Shown here one piece after another: positions 43,810 to 52,256 of a stretch of DNA of 64,000 nucleotides (positions are counted from its first letter, which is position 1; every line of letters starts with the position of its first letter). The DNA is from Edaphobacter sp. GTDB taxonomy: Bacteria > Acidobacteriota > Terriglobia > Terriglobales > Acidobacteriaceae. The notes below the pieces were generated by a model that did no database searches, was not told where the DNA came from, and saw only the letters and a program-made list of their open reading frames with translations. Location: positions 155,780-219,779 of the forward strand of contig CBDICJ010000007.1 in assembly GCA_965277335.1 (NCBI GenBank), given 5' to 3'. The translations under genes were made by a program, and so were the position numbers.

Positions 43810-44313
43810 TCAGCCTTCGAGCGCATGAGCCTCGTGCGCCGGTACCATGACCTTGGACGTGAGTACCTTGGGCGCGTTCGACGCATGAAAGTCCATGGCG
43901 ACGGGCTGCTGGGCGAGGTGCGGATGCTGCGCGCCCTTGTAGACCTTGAGCTTGGTGGCCATCTGGCGGCCCATCTTGTTCTTGGGCAGCATGCCCTTGA
44001 CGGCCTGCTCGACGATGGCTTCGGGGCGGCGGGCGAGCAGCTTGACGAAGGACTCTTCGCGGAGGCCGCCGGGGAAGCCGGTGTAGCGGCGATAGAGCTT
44101 CTGGTCGGACTTGAGACCGGTGAGCACGATTTTTTCGGCGTTGACGATGATGACGTGATCGCCCATATCGATGTAGGGGGTGTAGAGGACGTTGAGCTTG
44201 CCGGCGAGGATAGAGGCGGCCTGGGTAGCGAGGCGACCGAGGGTCTTGCCGCTGGCGTCGAGCACAAACCACTTGCGCTTGATATCTTTGCCGCTCGGAA
44301 TGGTGGTGGACAT
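43810..44313 (-). CDS. rplM: 50S ribosomal protein L13
   Basis: [28 protein letters not shown]...[10 protein letters not shown]...AVKGMLPKN. Confidence 0.96.
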   Translation of the reverse strand: MSTTIPSGKDIKRKWFVLDASGKTLGRLATQAASILAGKLNVLYTPYIDMGDHVIIVNAEKIVLTGLKSDQKLYRRYTGFPGGLREESFVKLLARRPEAIVEQAVKGMLPKNKMGRQMATKLKVYKGAQHPHLAQQPVAMDFHASNAPKVLTSKVMVPAHEAHALEG

Positions 44314-44673
44314 GTTTCGGGTTACTCCTTGATTCTGCCGTCTTCAGGATTCGGCGTGGCGCATGAAGAATGGAAAGTCGGTTGATAGTTCGTGAAAAGA
44401 CTAAGTTTCTGCTGCTACGGAACAAAGCGGATGGCGAAGGAGGAGAAGATGCCCTCCCAACGCGCGGAACCGAACCGCTTGCCCTGCATGACGACTAGGG
44501 ACTACGCACAAGGCACAGGACCGAAAAGGGACCTATGGGATGGGTGCTTTAGGGTGAACCGGTGTTGCCGGCTACCCCATTCAATAAACCCATCACGATG
44601 CCTCGATGGGCCTGCTTGTCTGCGAACGGTGCCGACACAGACATACAGGCGCGAGACTGCGCGAGGTTTAAGT

Positions 44674-46749
44674 CTACCGAGGCTTTCGCGGTTCCGTCAA
44701 GGATTGATTCGAGGGACCTTCTGAATTCGGGCCGGTTGCGGGAGTGGCTAAGTCCGTAGCCGATTCCGTTGCTAAGTCCAGGATGTACATGCTGCCGTCG
44801 TCATAGAGGCGGCGGCGGGTGCGGGCGAGTTCGGCGTATTGCTGGTGGGAGCGGAGAGCGATTCTGGCCTCGCTGTGGATCCACTGGGTTCGGCTGGGGT
44901 CGGCGATGACGTGGGGAGCGCCTTCGTCGAAGCCGGCGAAGTCCGCGTAGTTGTAGACGAGGTAGCGGAGGTGGTGGGCGAGAAGGTACTGGGCGAGGGC
45001 TTCGCCGTTCTGGCGGGAGGGCCAGCCGGGGGGAAGGCTGGCGGCGCCGGGATAGTCGGCGATGTCGATGGGATGGGCGCGGAAGTCGAGCAGGAAACTG
45101 TTGCCGACGGTGGCGAGGGTGCCGGCGTCGTCAGGAAGCGCGCGCTGCATGGCGGCGTATTCGGCGTGGACGCTGGGGGGGACGATGGGAATGTCGAGCA
45201 GTGCGGATTTGAGACCCCAGGGGATCTGCAGAAACTCGTTGGTGAGCTTATTGCGCCAGATGGAGACGGCTGCCAGCACGATGAGCAGGACGGTGCAGGT
45301 TTGGAGGATGAGCCAGCGGCGGGTCTTGAATACAGCTTGCGATACGGCTGGGAAGACGGCGTTGGCCCGGCGGCTGAAGACGACATAGAGAAGAAGGATG
45401 GCTGGGAGCATGCAGGGGTAGTTGTAGCGGCGCACGGAGTCTCCGCCGGTGGCGATGCCGACGAGCAAGGCGGCCCCGAAGGCGGCGGCGGAGAGGGCCA
45501 GGATGGCTTCGGACTGTTCGTCGCGCTCGCCGCGGGTCTTGAAATTCCAAAGAGTCTTGAAATTCCGGGGATTCCCGGGATTCCAGGGATTCCAAGATGT
45601 CCACAGAATCCATTCGACGAGGAAGAGGAGGAGCAGCGGAAGGCAGAACGGGACGACCTTGTGCAGGAGGATGGAGATGCCGGCTCCTGAGGGCGCGGGG
45701 TAGAGGCCGTAGGCGCTGTATTGATAGCCGGGGCCGAGCGAGGGATAGAAGAAGGTTCCCGAGGCGCTATGGCTGGCGATCATCCAGGGAGCCATGATGA
45801 GTAAGGCGCCGAGGGCGGCCAGGAGGAGGGTTTTGAGGCCGGATGCGAGGCTGCGGCGCCTCCAGTGGAAGAGGGCGAGGCAGCCTGCGAAGAGGACGCC
45901 GTGCGGCAGGTAGGTGGACTTCATGGCGGCGACGGCTCCGGTGACCGCGCCGAGGAGGAGAGCGAGGAGGGCTGGATGTTGGGCGAGGAGTTTTCGATTG
46001 GCGGCGAGGGAGACGAGGCCGAAGAATAAGGCGCTGGGCAGCAGGACGAAGGTGAGGTTGAACTGAAGCTGCGGGGTAAAGACGACGAGCAGGGCGAAGA
46101 TGGCTCGCTGCATGGAGGTGAGGCGGAATTCGCGGGCAAGATCGAAGACCAGGAAGGCGAGGAGGAAGAGACCGAGAGCGCGGTCGGCCATCTGGACGTC
46201 TTCAAGGGGGAGGACGGCAAGGACCATGTCCTGCAGGAAATAGTTGCCGCCGATGCTGGACATGATGCGGCGCTCGCTGAAGGGATCGGCGGCGTAGTGG
46301 TGGAGTTCGAGCATCTTGCAGGGGGCGGCGAGATAGAAGTTGTAGTCGTCGGAGGCCTGGTACTGGCCCGCATGCACGGTTGCGCCGAGGCGGATGGCGA
46401 AGAGGAGGGCGGCGAGGCAGAGCAGGAGAGTGGCGGCGCGGGAATGGGGCGGCTGGACGGCTTTGTCTTCTGGCTCGGAGTTGGCGAGGGGGATGCGGAG
46501 CAGGAGGGCGGCGATGATGCCGAACAGAGAAAGGGCGATGAGGATGGGAGAGGTAATGGCGTGGGCGAGATTCAGACAGCCGCCGAGGAGGAGGACGACG
46601 GGGACGCCGGCGGTGGCTGCAAGGGCGATGGACGGGCGGCGCAGGCCGAAGAGTCGCAGCAGGATGGCTCCATAGCCGGCGAGGGAGAGGAAGAGAAGAG
46701 CGCACCAGAGGAGGGCTTCGGCGAAGTGCAGGAGGGAGGCTGGCGTCAT
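44674..46749 (-). CDS. Large polytopic membrane protein with C-terminal soluble domain (unknown function, envelope-glycan-like context)
   Basis: 691 aa with ~14 hydrophobic segments and a ~200-aa C-terminal hydrophilic domain. Divergent from an acyltransferase-3 gene. Confidence 0.6.
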   Translation of the reverse strand: MTPASLLHFAEALLWCALLFLSLAGYGAILLRLFGLRRPSIALAATAGVPVVLLLGGCLNLAHAITSPILIALSLFGIIAALLLRIPLANSEPEDKAVQPPHSRAATLLLCLAALLFAIRLGATVHAGQYQASDDYNFYLAAPCKMLELHHYAADPFSERRIMSSIGGNYFLQDMVLAVLPLEDVQMADRALGLFLLAFLVFDLAREFRLTSMQRAIFALLVVFTPQLQFNLTFVLLPSALFFGLVSLAANRKLLAQHPALLALLLGAVTGAVAAMKSTYLPHGVLFAGCLALFHWRRRSLASGLKTLLLAALGALLIMAPWMIASHSASGTFFYPSLGPGYQYSAYGLYPAPSGAGISILLHKVVPFCLPLLLLFLVEWILWTSWNPWNPGNPRNFKTLWNFKTRGERDEQSEAILALSAAAFGAALLVGIATGGDSVRRYNYPCMLPAILLLYVVFSRRANAVFPAVSQAVFKTRRWLILQTCTVLLIVLAAVSIWRNKLTNEFLQIPWGLKSALLDIPIVPPSVHAEYAAMQRALPDDAGTLATVGNSFLLDFRAHPIDIADYPGAASLPPGWPSRQNGEALAQYLLAHHLRYLVYNYADFAGFDEGAPHVIADPSRTQWIHSEARIALRSHQQYAELARTRRRLYDDGSMYILDLATESATDLATPATGPNSEGPSNQSLTEPRKPR
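45536..45596. repeat. In-frame tandem repeats inside the membrane-protein gene
   Basis: GTCTTGAAATTCC x2 (19-nt period), then (G/C/A)GGGATTCC x3 (45567-45593). Encodes WNPWNPGNPRNFKTLWNFKT. Confidence 0.85.
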
Positions 46750-47002
46750 ATCAGATACTGTGCAGGTATAGGTGAATGGCGTCGGTCTCGGGGAAGCAAG
46801 GATGGAGCTTAGCCGGTCTAGTTGGCAGCTAAAGATTGCAGCAGGTGTCGACCTAGTTGAGCGTTATAGTGAAAGTTTTCTCCAGGGTTCGCGAGGGAGA
46901 TGCGGTCGCACGGGAGTTACTGTTGAACAGGAGTTTACATTGGGAGTACGCCGGACGTTAGCGAATTTTAGAATTGACGAGCGAGGACCATTGGCCAAAG
47001 TA

Positions 47003-48175
47003 ATGGTAAGACCGGGAATCGAACTGGACGCCTCGCCCGATATTTCTAACCGGCGAGATAGCGCGACCTCCCGCTTTTACCGTCCCGAGTTGGATGTTCT
47101 GCGATTTTTCGCACTCGTGATGGTTTTTGTCAGCCATATATGGCCGCAACGCGCCACTGCGATTGTGACTCGTCTGGGAGTTCCGTTGCGGCTCACTCGC
47201 GGGTTTGTCAACTCCGGGGCTTTGGGCGTTTTTGTCTTTTTCATGTTGAGTTCCTATCTCATCACGGAGCTGCTGCTTCGAGAGAAGGAGAAGACTCATA
47301 CCATTCACATCAAGGCCTACTACGTGCGCCGAATGCTGCGCATATGGCCGCTCTACTTCCTGTTTATCGGACTGGCTTTTGTGGTGGGGCTCGCCGTACC
47401 GATGTATCGCATTCCCAGGAACGAGTTGGTCTCTTTGCTGCTCCTGTCAGGCAACTGGTACTTTGCGCAACACGGATGGGGGATAAGCTTCGTGGATCAT
47501 CTATGGAGCATCTCGGTGGAGGAGCAGTTCTATCTCGCGTGGCCGATCTTCCTGAAGCTGGCAGGGCGCAGGACGTTGTACGCGGGATGTCTTGCGCTGA
47601 TGTTTCTCAGCATCGCGAGCTTGTTTTTTCTTGGCCGTCGAGACAGCTTGGCAAATCCGGCAGTCTTCATCAATAGCTTCGTGATCTGCTGTTTCTTTGC
47701 CTTAGGCGGAATGACGGCGCTCTGGGTGCGCGGCAGGGTTCCGCGCCTAGCGATTACGATCCGCATCCTGCTGATGATTTTCGCTGTCCTTCTGTTTTTG
47801 ACTGCGACAATTGTGTGCAGAATTCACGATATGGCGGTGATCCCCGCCGGAAGCCTTATCGCGGGTTATCTCTTGACCTGTATAGGCTGCCTCTCGATTT
47901 TTACAGCTTTTCTTGGCGCTTCGATTCCATCATGGGGACGAGGGCTCATTTACCTCGGGAAGATATCGTACGGACTTTATGTTTTTCACCTGCTGTGTGG
48001 GATTATGACCGGGTGGTTCGAGAAGAACGTGCTGCATCATGAACACTGGCCGCTAAGCTTTCCATTTACATTTTTGCTGACGGTGTTGTGCGCAGGATTG
48101 TCCTATCACTTTGTGGAGGCGCCCTTTTTGAAGTTGAAAGAGAGATTTGCCTTTGTCCAATCCCGGCGGGTGTAA
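47003..48175 (+). CDS. Acyltransferase family 3 (OafA/YrhL-like) membrane protein
   Basis: RFYRPELDVLRFFALVMVFVSH near the N-terminus, ~10 TM segments, and C-terminal ISYGLYVFH. Start uncertain (the ORF opens at GTG 46772; ATG 47003 chosen). Looks lower in G+C than its neighbours by eye. Confidence 0.8.
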   Translation: MVRPGIELDASPDISNRRDSATSRFYRPELDVLRFFALVMVFVSHIWPQRATAIVTRLGVPLRLTRGFVNSGALGVFVFFMLSSYLITELLLREKEKTHTIHIKAYYVRRMLRIWPLYFLFIGLAFVVGLAVPMYRIPRNELVSLLLLSGNWYFAQHGWGISFVDHLWSISVEEQFYLAWPIFLKLAGRRTLYAGCLALMFLSIASLFFLGRRDSLANPAVFINSFVICCFFALGGMTALWVRGRVPRLAITIRILLMIFAVLLFLTATIVCRIHDMAVIPAGSLIAGYLLTCIGCLSIFTAFLGASIPSWGRGLIYLGKISYGLYVFHLLCGIMTGWFEKNVLHHEHWPLSFPFTFLLTVLCAGLSYHFVEAPFLKLKERFAFVQSRRV

Positions 48176-48294
48176 GGAGGAGAGATTTGGGCGAAGTGGT
48201 AGAAGACGACGGTGAGCGCGGCTACGCCTCGCAGCGAGTCCAGCTCGTAGAAGCGCCGGGGAGCGGCAGCAGGGCTGGGACCGGGCTGGGACAT
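48106..48294 (-). pseudogene. 5' remnant of a second acyltransferase-3 gene
   Basis: MSQPGPSPAAAPRRFYELDSLRGVAALTVVFYHF is a typical acyltransferase-3 N-terminus. Similarity stops after ~35 codons, and the frame runs antisense into the 3' end of the intact gene. Confidence 0.5.
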
Positions 48295-48341
48295 GATTGA
48301 TGGGAAAGTATAGCGCGGGACCATGCGGGAAGAGAGCCGGA

Positions 48342-48512
48342 GGGGGACGGCTCGCTCGAGACCCACATCTCAAAATCGAGATATGGGGCACCCGGCGACA
48401 AATGATGGGACTGTTTGTCACTTACCATCCCTAGCGAGCAAGTGCGCTCGTCGGGGGACGGCGCGCTTGAGGCCCACATCTCAAAATCGAGATGTGGGGC
48501 ACCCGGCACCCG
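48342..48512. repeat. Two module C copies (C8, C9) with D-like and B-like fragments
   Basis: GGGGACGGCTCGCTCGAGACCCACATCTCAAAATCGAGATATGGGGCACCCGG (to 48395) and GGGGACGGCGCGCTTGAGGCCCACATCTCAAAATCGAGATGTGGGGCACCCGGCACCCGG (to 48512). CTTACCATCCCTAGCGAGCAAGTGCGCTCG lies between them. Confidence 0.85.
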
Positions 48513-48576
48513 GCGAAATGCGCTTGCAGTTGTAGAGAGAATCTCCACTCGCCAGCGAGCAATTCTCCGACTCTTT

Positions 48577-51537
48577 TCACGTGCTGCGAGAGGTGCGCGA
48601 GTGCGCGGGATCGAGGATTGCGTATTCGATGCGATTGCGTCCTCTATTCTTCGCGAGGTACAACGCTCTGTCGGCGGCGGCAACAGCATCGCCGGCATCC
48701 ACGCCGTAGTCGCCTCCAGCCAGCGCGACACCGATGCTGCAGGTGACCACGAGCTTTTGCTTACCGATTGGGACCGGATCTTCGGTTAGAGCTGACTTGA
48801 GTTTTTCCAATCTTGCTCCGAGCGCTGCCATCTCGAGGTCGGCGAGTCTCTGCGGATGGGGCAGCAGAACCAGAAACTCTTCGCCGCCATAGCGCCCGGC
48901 GGCATCGTAGGCGCGGATACCGCTGCTGAACCGGCGGCCGATCTCGCGCAAGACAGCATCCCCCGCCAAGTGGCCGTGCTCATCGTTGATGGCTTTGAAG
49001 TAGTCGATATCGATCAGCACCACAGCGAGCGCCGTGTTCGCGCGTTTCGCCCGCGCGAACTCGCTTGTCAGCAGCTCCACGATCCGGTTGCGATTCCACA
49101 GGCCGGTGAGGGTGTCGCGGGTGGCCAACTGCTCGAGTTCCCGGGTGCGAACCGACACCAGGGTCTCGAGCTCCTGCTGCCGTCGCAGCAGATGACGGAC
49201 GCGCAGCCTCCAGGCCAGCAGCACGCATGCGGTGACGACCAGCACCTCCAGCAGGCTCGAGAGACCGGTCTGCCACCATCGCGGGGAGATCACAAAATGA
49301 AAGGTCGTGGAGGGCGAGACGGAACGCGACACCGGGTCGACCGAGACCAGTTCCAAGGTGTAGGCACCCGGCGGCAGAGGAGAGTAATGCGCGGAGGTCT
49401 TGTCGGTCGAAATCCAGTCTGGATCGATCTCGGTGAGGCGATATCGATAGGTAAGCTCGCTTTCGTGGTCGTAGGCAAGCGGCGAAAAATCGATATCGAG
49501 CGGCTGGCCGTGCCATGGCGTTCTGCCGGTGGCTGCGCTCAACGAGACGCGTCCATACTTGATCGAATCGACGCGGGGGGCGGGCGGAGGCGTCGATGCG
49601 GCCACCGAGGAGCCGACATAATGGCTCAAGCCTTCGCTGGTGCCGATCCATACCGTGCCATCGCGATCCGCAAAGAACGCTTTGGAGTTGACATCGTTCC
49701 ACAGCAGGCCATCGTCGGTGTTGAAGAGGCGCCATCTCTGGCCGTCGAAGACATCGACTCCACTGTCGTGTCCGACCCAGATGCGGCCGCGCCGGTCGCT
49801 GCGAGCGAAGACTGCCATCTTGGAGGAGACCTCTTGCGGTCCCATCGGCTGCGCGGCCGCGACTCGTCCCTGCTTGAGAGTCAACTTCCAGACGCGCGAA
49901 TAATCCGTCACCGCCCAGAGCGATCCATCGGTGCCGAAGTCGATATCGATAAACTGGGTGGGGAGCGAGGGCACATCGATCGGCGCTGCCCGCCAGGCTC
50001 CGTCCACCATTTCAAACAAGCCTGCCAGACTGGCCGCCCACAGCTTCCCCTGGCGGTCTGCGATGACGCGATAGACATCGGTCGCCGGCGTGCCTGCAAG
50101 ATCGACTCTCACCGCCTTTTGTCCGGCTGGGGCGGCGGCATCGACCATGTAGAGTCCCTGTTCGGTGGAGATCCAGATCCTGTCTTCCCTATCGGCAAAG
50201 ATCTGGTGCCCGGAAGGAAGATCCGGATAGCGTTCGATCTTCCCTGTGTCCGGGTCGATCTTGATCAGGGCGCCCTGGCCACTGATAGCCCAGATTTTTC
50301 CAAGGCGGTCCTGGGTGATTCCCTGCATGCTGCGGGCGGAGTGTTTCAAGCTGCCGGTTACAGAGTGGAAGCGCGTCCGCGATGGATCGCTCACACTGAT
50401 ACCGCCCTCTTCGGCGACCCACAGCCGGTTTTTCTCGTCGTTCAGGATTCCCCATACGATTGAGCTTCCCAGGCCATCCGCGGAGGTCCAGTTCTCCCAC
50501 TTGCCGTAGCCCAGCCAGCGCACTACGCCATGGCCTACCAGGCCCATCCAGATGCGACCGTCGTGGTCGATCAGAAGAGAAGAGAGCGCGGAGGCGATCA
50601 GTCCATGAGCCTCGTTCAGAAAGCTCCAGCGGCCGTCTTTCCACAGCGCCAAGCCTGTCTCCGCAGCCGTCGCGATCTTTCCATCGGAGGTCTCGGCGAA
50701 GCTGATGTAGTAGTTGTTGGTGAACTGGCCGGCATCGGCTCCGGCACGGTCTTCAAAGCGCGGCGCGCCGCGGGGCAAAGCAATCACGCGGTTATTGCTC
50801 CGCGCCCAAAGAGTTCCGTCGCTGCTGGAAAAGAGCGCATACCAAGCCGCGTCCGGCACGCCCTGGTCCTGGCTCCAGCGGTGCAGCTTTCCATGGAGAA
50901 ACTGACAAAGGTTGTGCCCGCAACCCAGCCAGATCTCCTCTCCGCCGCGCGCCAAGACGCTGGTGATCGCCTCTTCGGAAGACAGTCCGCGAAATTCGGC
51001 GAGTTCAAGGGCAGGCTGCGCATACGGCCTACCGTCGGCGTCTCGCGAGACGGCGAACAGGCGATAGTTTCCGACGACCAGAAGGCGTCCATCGCCCAAT
51101 GCGGCTATGGAAGAATCGACTCCGACGCCGATCGGTTTCCCTTTGTAGAGGACACCGTGGAAGCTGCCGTCTTGCTGCGATTTCTGAGATTCCCGGGATT
51201 CCCGGGACTCCCGATAGAACAGCCCGCTTCCGGTGCCTGCCCAGAGACGCCCCGCCGCATCTTCGGCCAACGCGACCACGTAGGGGTTCGTCAGGCCTTC
51301 CGCCGCGCCGTACTGCTGAAATCGGCTGCCGTCGTAGCGGAAGAGTCCATTGTCGGTCCCCATCCAGAGAAAGCCAGCACGGTCTTGCAGCATCGAATCG
51401 ACGTTCAGATTCTTCAAGCCTTGGGCCTGGCCGTAGGTCTTGAAGGCATAGCGCTGCGCCCCGCCCGGAACAGCCGCGGCCGCGCACAAAAGACCACACA
51501 ACAAAGATGTGGCCGGCAAGGTTGACCGGGTTCGCAG
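48577..51537 (-). CDS. Periplasmic beta-propeller (Reg_prop) / Y_Y_Y sensor diguanylate cyclase (GGDEF)
   Basis: Repeated ..LWxGTxxGLxxxD.. propeller motifs, one TM, and a C-terminal GGDEF domain (RYGGEEFLVLL, DIDYFKAINDEHGH). No ATG precedes the signal peptide LLCGLLCAAAAVPGGAQ. The start is guessed at CTG 51537 or TTG 51519. The upstream ORF extension is repeat DNA. Confidence 0.85.
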   Translation of the reverse strand: MRTRSTLPATSLLCGLLCAAAAVPGGAQRYAFKTYGQAQGLKNLNVDSMLQDRAGFLWMGTDNGLFRYDGSRFQQYGAAEGLTNPYVVALAEDAAGRLWAGTGSGLFYRESRESRESQKSQQDGSFHGVLYKGKPIGVGVDSSIAALGDGRLLVVGNYRLFAVSRDADGRPYAQPALELAEFRGLSSEEAITSVLARGGEEIWLGCGHNLCQFLHGKLHRWSQDQGVPDAAWYALFSSSDGTLWARSNNRVIALPRGAPRFEDRAGADAGQFTNNYYISFAETSDGKIATAAETGLALWKDGRWSFLNEAHGLIASALSSLLIDHDGRIWMGLVGHGVVRWLGYGKWENWTSADGLGSSIVWGILNDEKNRLWVAEEGGISVSDPSRTRFHSVTGSLKHSARSMQGITQDRLGKIWAISGQGALIKIDPDTGKIERYPDLPSGHQIFADREDRIWISTEQGLYMVDAAAPAGQKAVRVDLAGTPATDVYRVIADRQGKLWAASLAGLFEMVDGAWRAAPIDVPSLPTQFIDIDFGTDGSLWAVTDYSRVWKLTLKQGRVAAAQPMGPQEVSSKMAVFARSDRRGRIWVGHDSGVDVFDGQRWRLFNTDDGLLWNDVNSKAFFADRDGTVWIGTSEGLSHYVGSSVAASTPPPAPRVDSIKYGRVSLSAATGRTPWHGQPLDIDFSPLAYDHESELTYRYRLTEIDPDWISTDKTSAHYSPLPPGAYTLELVSVDPVSRSVSPSTTFHFVISPRWWQTGLSSLLEVLVVTACVLLAWRLRVRHLLRRQQELETLVSVRTRELEQLATRDTLTGLWNRNRIVELLTSEFARAKRANTALAVVLIDIDYFKAINDEHGHLAGDAVLREIGRRFSSGIRAYDAAGRYGGEEFLVLLPHPQRLADLEMAALGARLEKLKSALTEDPVPIGKQKLVVTCSIGVALAGGDYGVDAGDAVAAADRALYLAKNRGRNRIEYAILDPAHSRTSRST
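51186..51212. repeat. In-frame 9-nt tandem repeat (x3) inside the diguanylate cyclase gene
   Basis: GAGATTCCC GGGATTCCC GGGACTCCC. Encodes RESRESRES on the minus strand. Same unit as at 45567-45593. Confidence 0.85.
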
Positions 51538-51571
51538 GGTTTTTGGAATCTGTTTAGAAACCAGGAACCCA

Positions 51572-51598
51572 GCACCGATTTTCACCGATGACACCGAT
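51572..51598. repeat. Repeat module E, copy E3 (reverse orientation)
   Basis: GCACCGATTTTCACCGATGACACCGAT is the revcomp of ATCGGTGTCATCGGTGAAAATCGGTGC. Compare 14998-15028 and 54439-54471. Confidence 0.75.
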
Positions 51599-51749
51599 GC
51601 GGGGGAAGAGCCAACAGCAGATTCCTTCGCTGCGCTGCGGAATGACAACCCAAAGAAGAGGCGGCGACGGCGGAAAAGGGTAATGGCCGCTGTTTTTGAA
51701 CAGGTTCTTAGAACCTGTTTAAGAACGAAAGATTTGTGGAATACATGAC

Positions 51750-51905
51750 GTAAAGCAAGCACCAGCAAAAGCGGATGCGGGGATCTCTCCACGCCGCCGC
51801 GCGATGAAGCCGCCCGGCTTACCACCCCAGCGAGCAAAGGCGCTCGCCGGGGACTCCAATGGCTGCGGTCCAGATGACGACCACATTGAGTTTTTTCACA
51901 GGTTC
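51750..51905. repeat. Composite repeat B + D, copy B8
   Basis: GTAAAGCAAGCACCAGCAAAAGCGGATGCGGGGATCTCTCCACGCCGCC...GGCTTACCACCCCAGCGAGCAAAGGCGCTCGCCGGGGACTCCAATGGCTGCGGTCCAGATGACGACC...CACAGGTTC. Confidence 0.8.
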
Positions 51906-52256
51906 TTAAAGGCAGCATCGGTGGGATCGCTCTTCGGTTCTTTCCAAACCGCAGGCTTCCTGCGCGCGAACAAGCTGCAACGTGCGATAGCTGGGCCTGA
52001 TTCTCCAGAGTATTATCACCGTTCCCGCGTCTCTTGTCCCGACTTTCCGCAGAATCCGGTCTTCGCATCAGAAATGTTAACAAAGGCAGCCCTCAGTCGA
52101 ACCGTTCATCCGTTCATCGGCGTGCCAGCAAACGCCTGTCGCGCGGCGCGCATCTTTCTAGCAAGACTTCCTGCTTGGAGGCAGGACGGCAATACCCTGT
52201 CGGTGTGAGTAGGGATCACCCGGATCGAACCATCTAGAATCGAATCACCGAGAACT

